Shown: positions 63,913-64,000 of the stretch, piece after piece
Numbering within the stretch: position 1 is the first letter of the stretch
Layout: every line of letters starts with the position of its first letter
From: Gammaproteobacteria bacterium
GTDB taxonomy: Bacteria; Pseudomonadota; Gammaproteobacteria; JBCCGL01
Assembly: GCA_965277715.1 (NCBI GenBank)
Contig: OZ255836.1
Location: 3,008,001-3,072,000, forward strand
Reading direction: 5' to 3'
Length of the DNA: 64,000 nt
The notes under the pieces: generated by a model
Told to the model about the DNA's origin: nothing
The model's input: only the letters and a program-made list of their open reading frames with translations
The model's database searches: none
Program-made: the position numbers and the translations under genes

Positions 63913-64000
63913 TTGTTTGGATCAACACATTTATAAACGTGGAATTTCTGCTTGCCATCGACGAGGGTTGTGGCGGCCACAATGGTGTCACCCCCCATAT

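Overview
A 64-kb chromosomal segment of a probably marine gammaproteobacterium (roughly 50% GC by eye). It is mostly housekeeping: comM, envC-ctpA, glmUS, a complete atp operon, parAB-rsmG, argB, pyrE-xth-ampG, erpA, argC, dsbD, groESL with a perfect CIRCE box, ggt and greB. It also has accessory metabolism: a tungsten-type aldehyde oxidoreductase operon, scattered cobalamin genes, and a cluster of GcvT-like, TauD, CoA-transferase and DMT genes. No rRNA, tRNA, CRISPR array, prophage or intact IS transposase was found. The most unusual signal is intergenic: at least four families of small repeats. (A) A ~165-bp palindromic MITE-like element with a modular core, one copy of which overwrites the 5' end of rsmG. 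(B) A 121-bp element with 21-bp TIRs and a 5-bp TTTAA duplication that changed a gene's C-terminus from VKG* to VKPKFRS*. (C) A CTAG-bounded ~48-bp palindrome. (D) A 47-bp unit with GGA motifs in hairpin loops (CsrA/RsmA-site-like), present once alone and once as a 3.4-copy tandem array. Several repeats sit where conserved neighbours (mnmG, cutA, coaD) are missing. Also notable are an alphaproteobacterial-type glmS inside a gammaproteobacterial operon, an Rpn-like nuclease with a candidate intragenic antitoxin start, an orphan AT-rich Wzz-like gene beside comM, and a CbiX variant. Functional calls come from motif recognition only; no searches were run.
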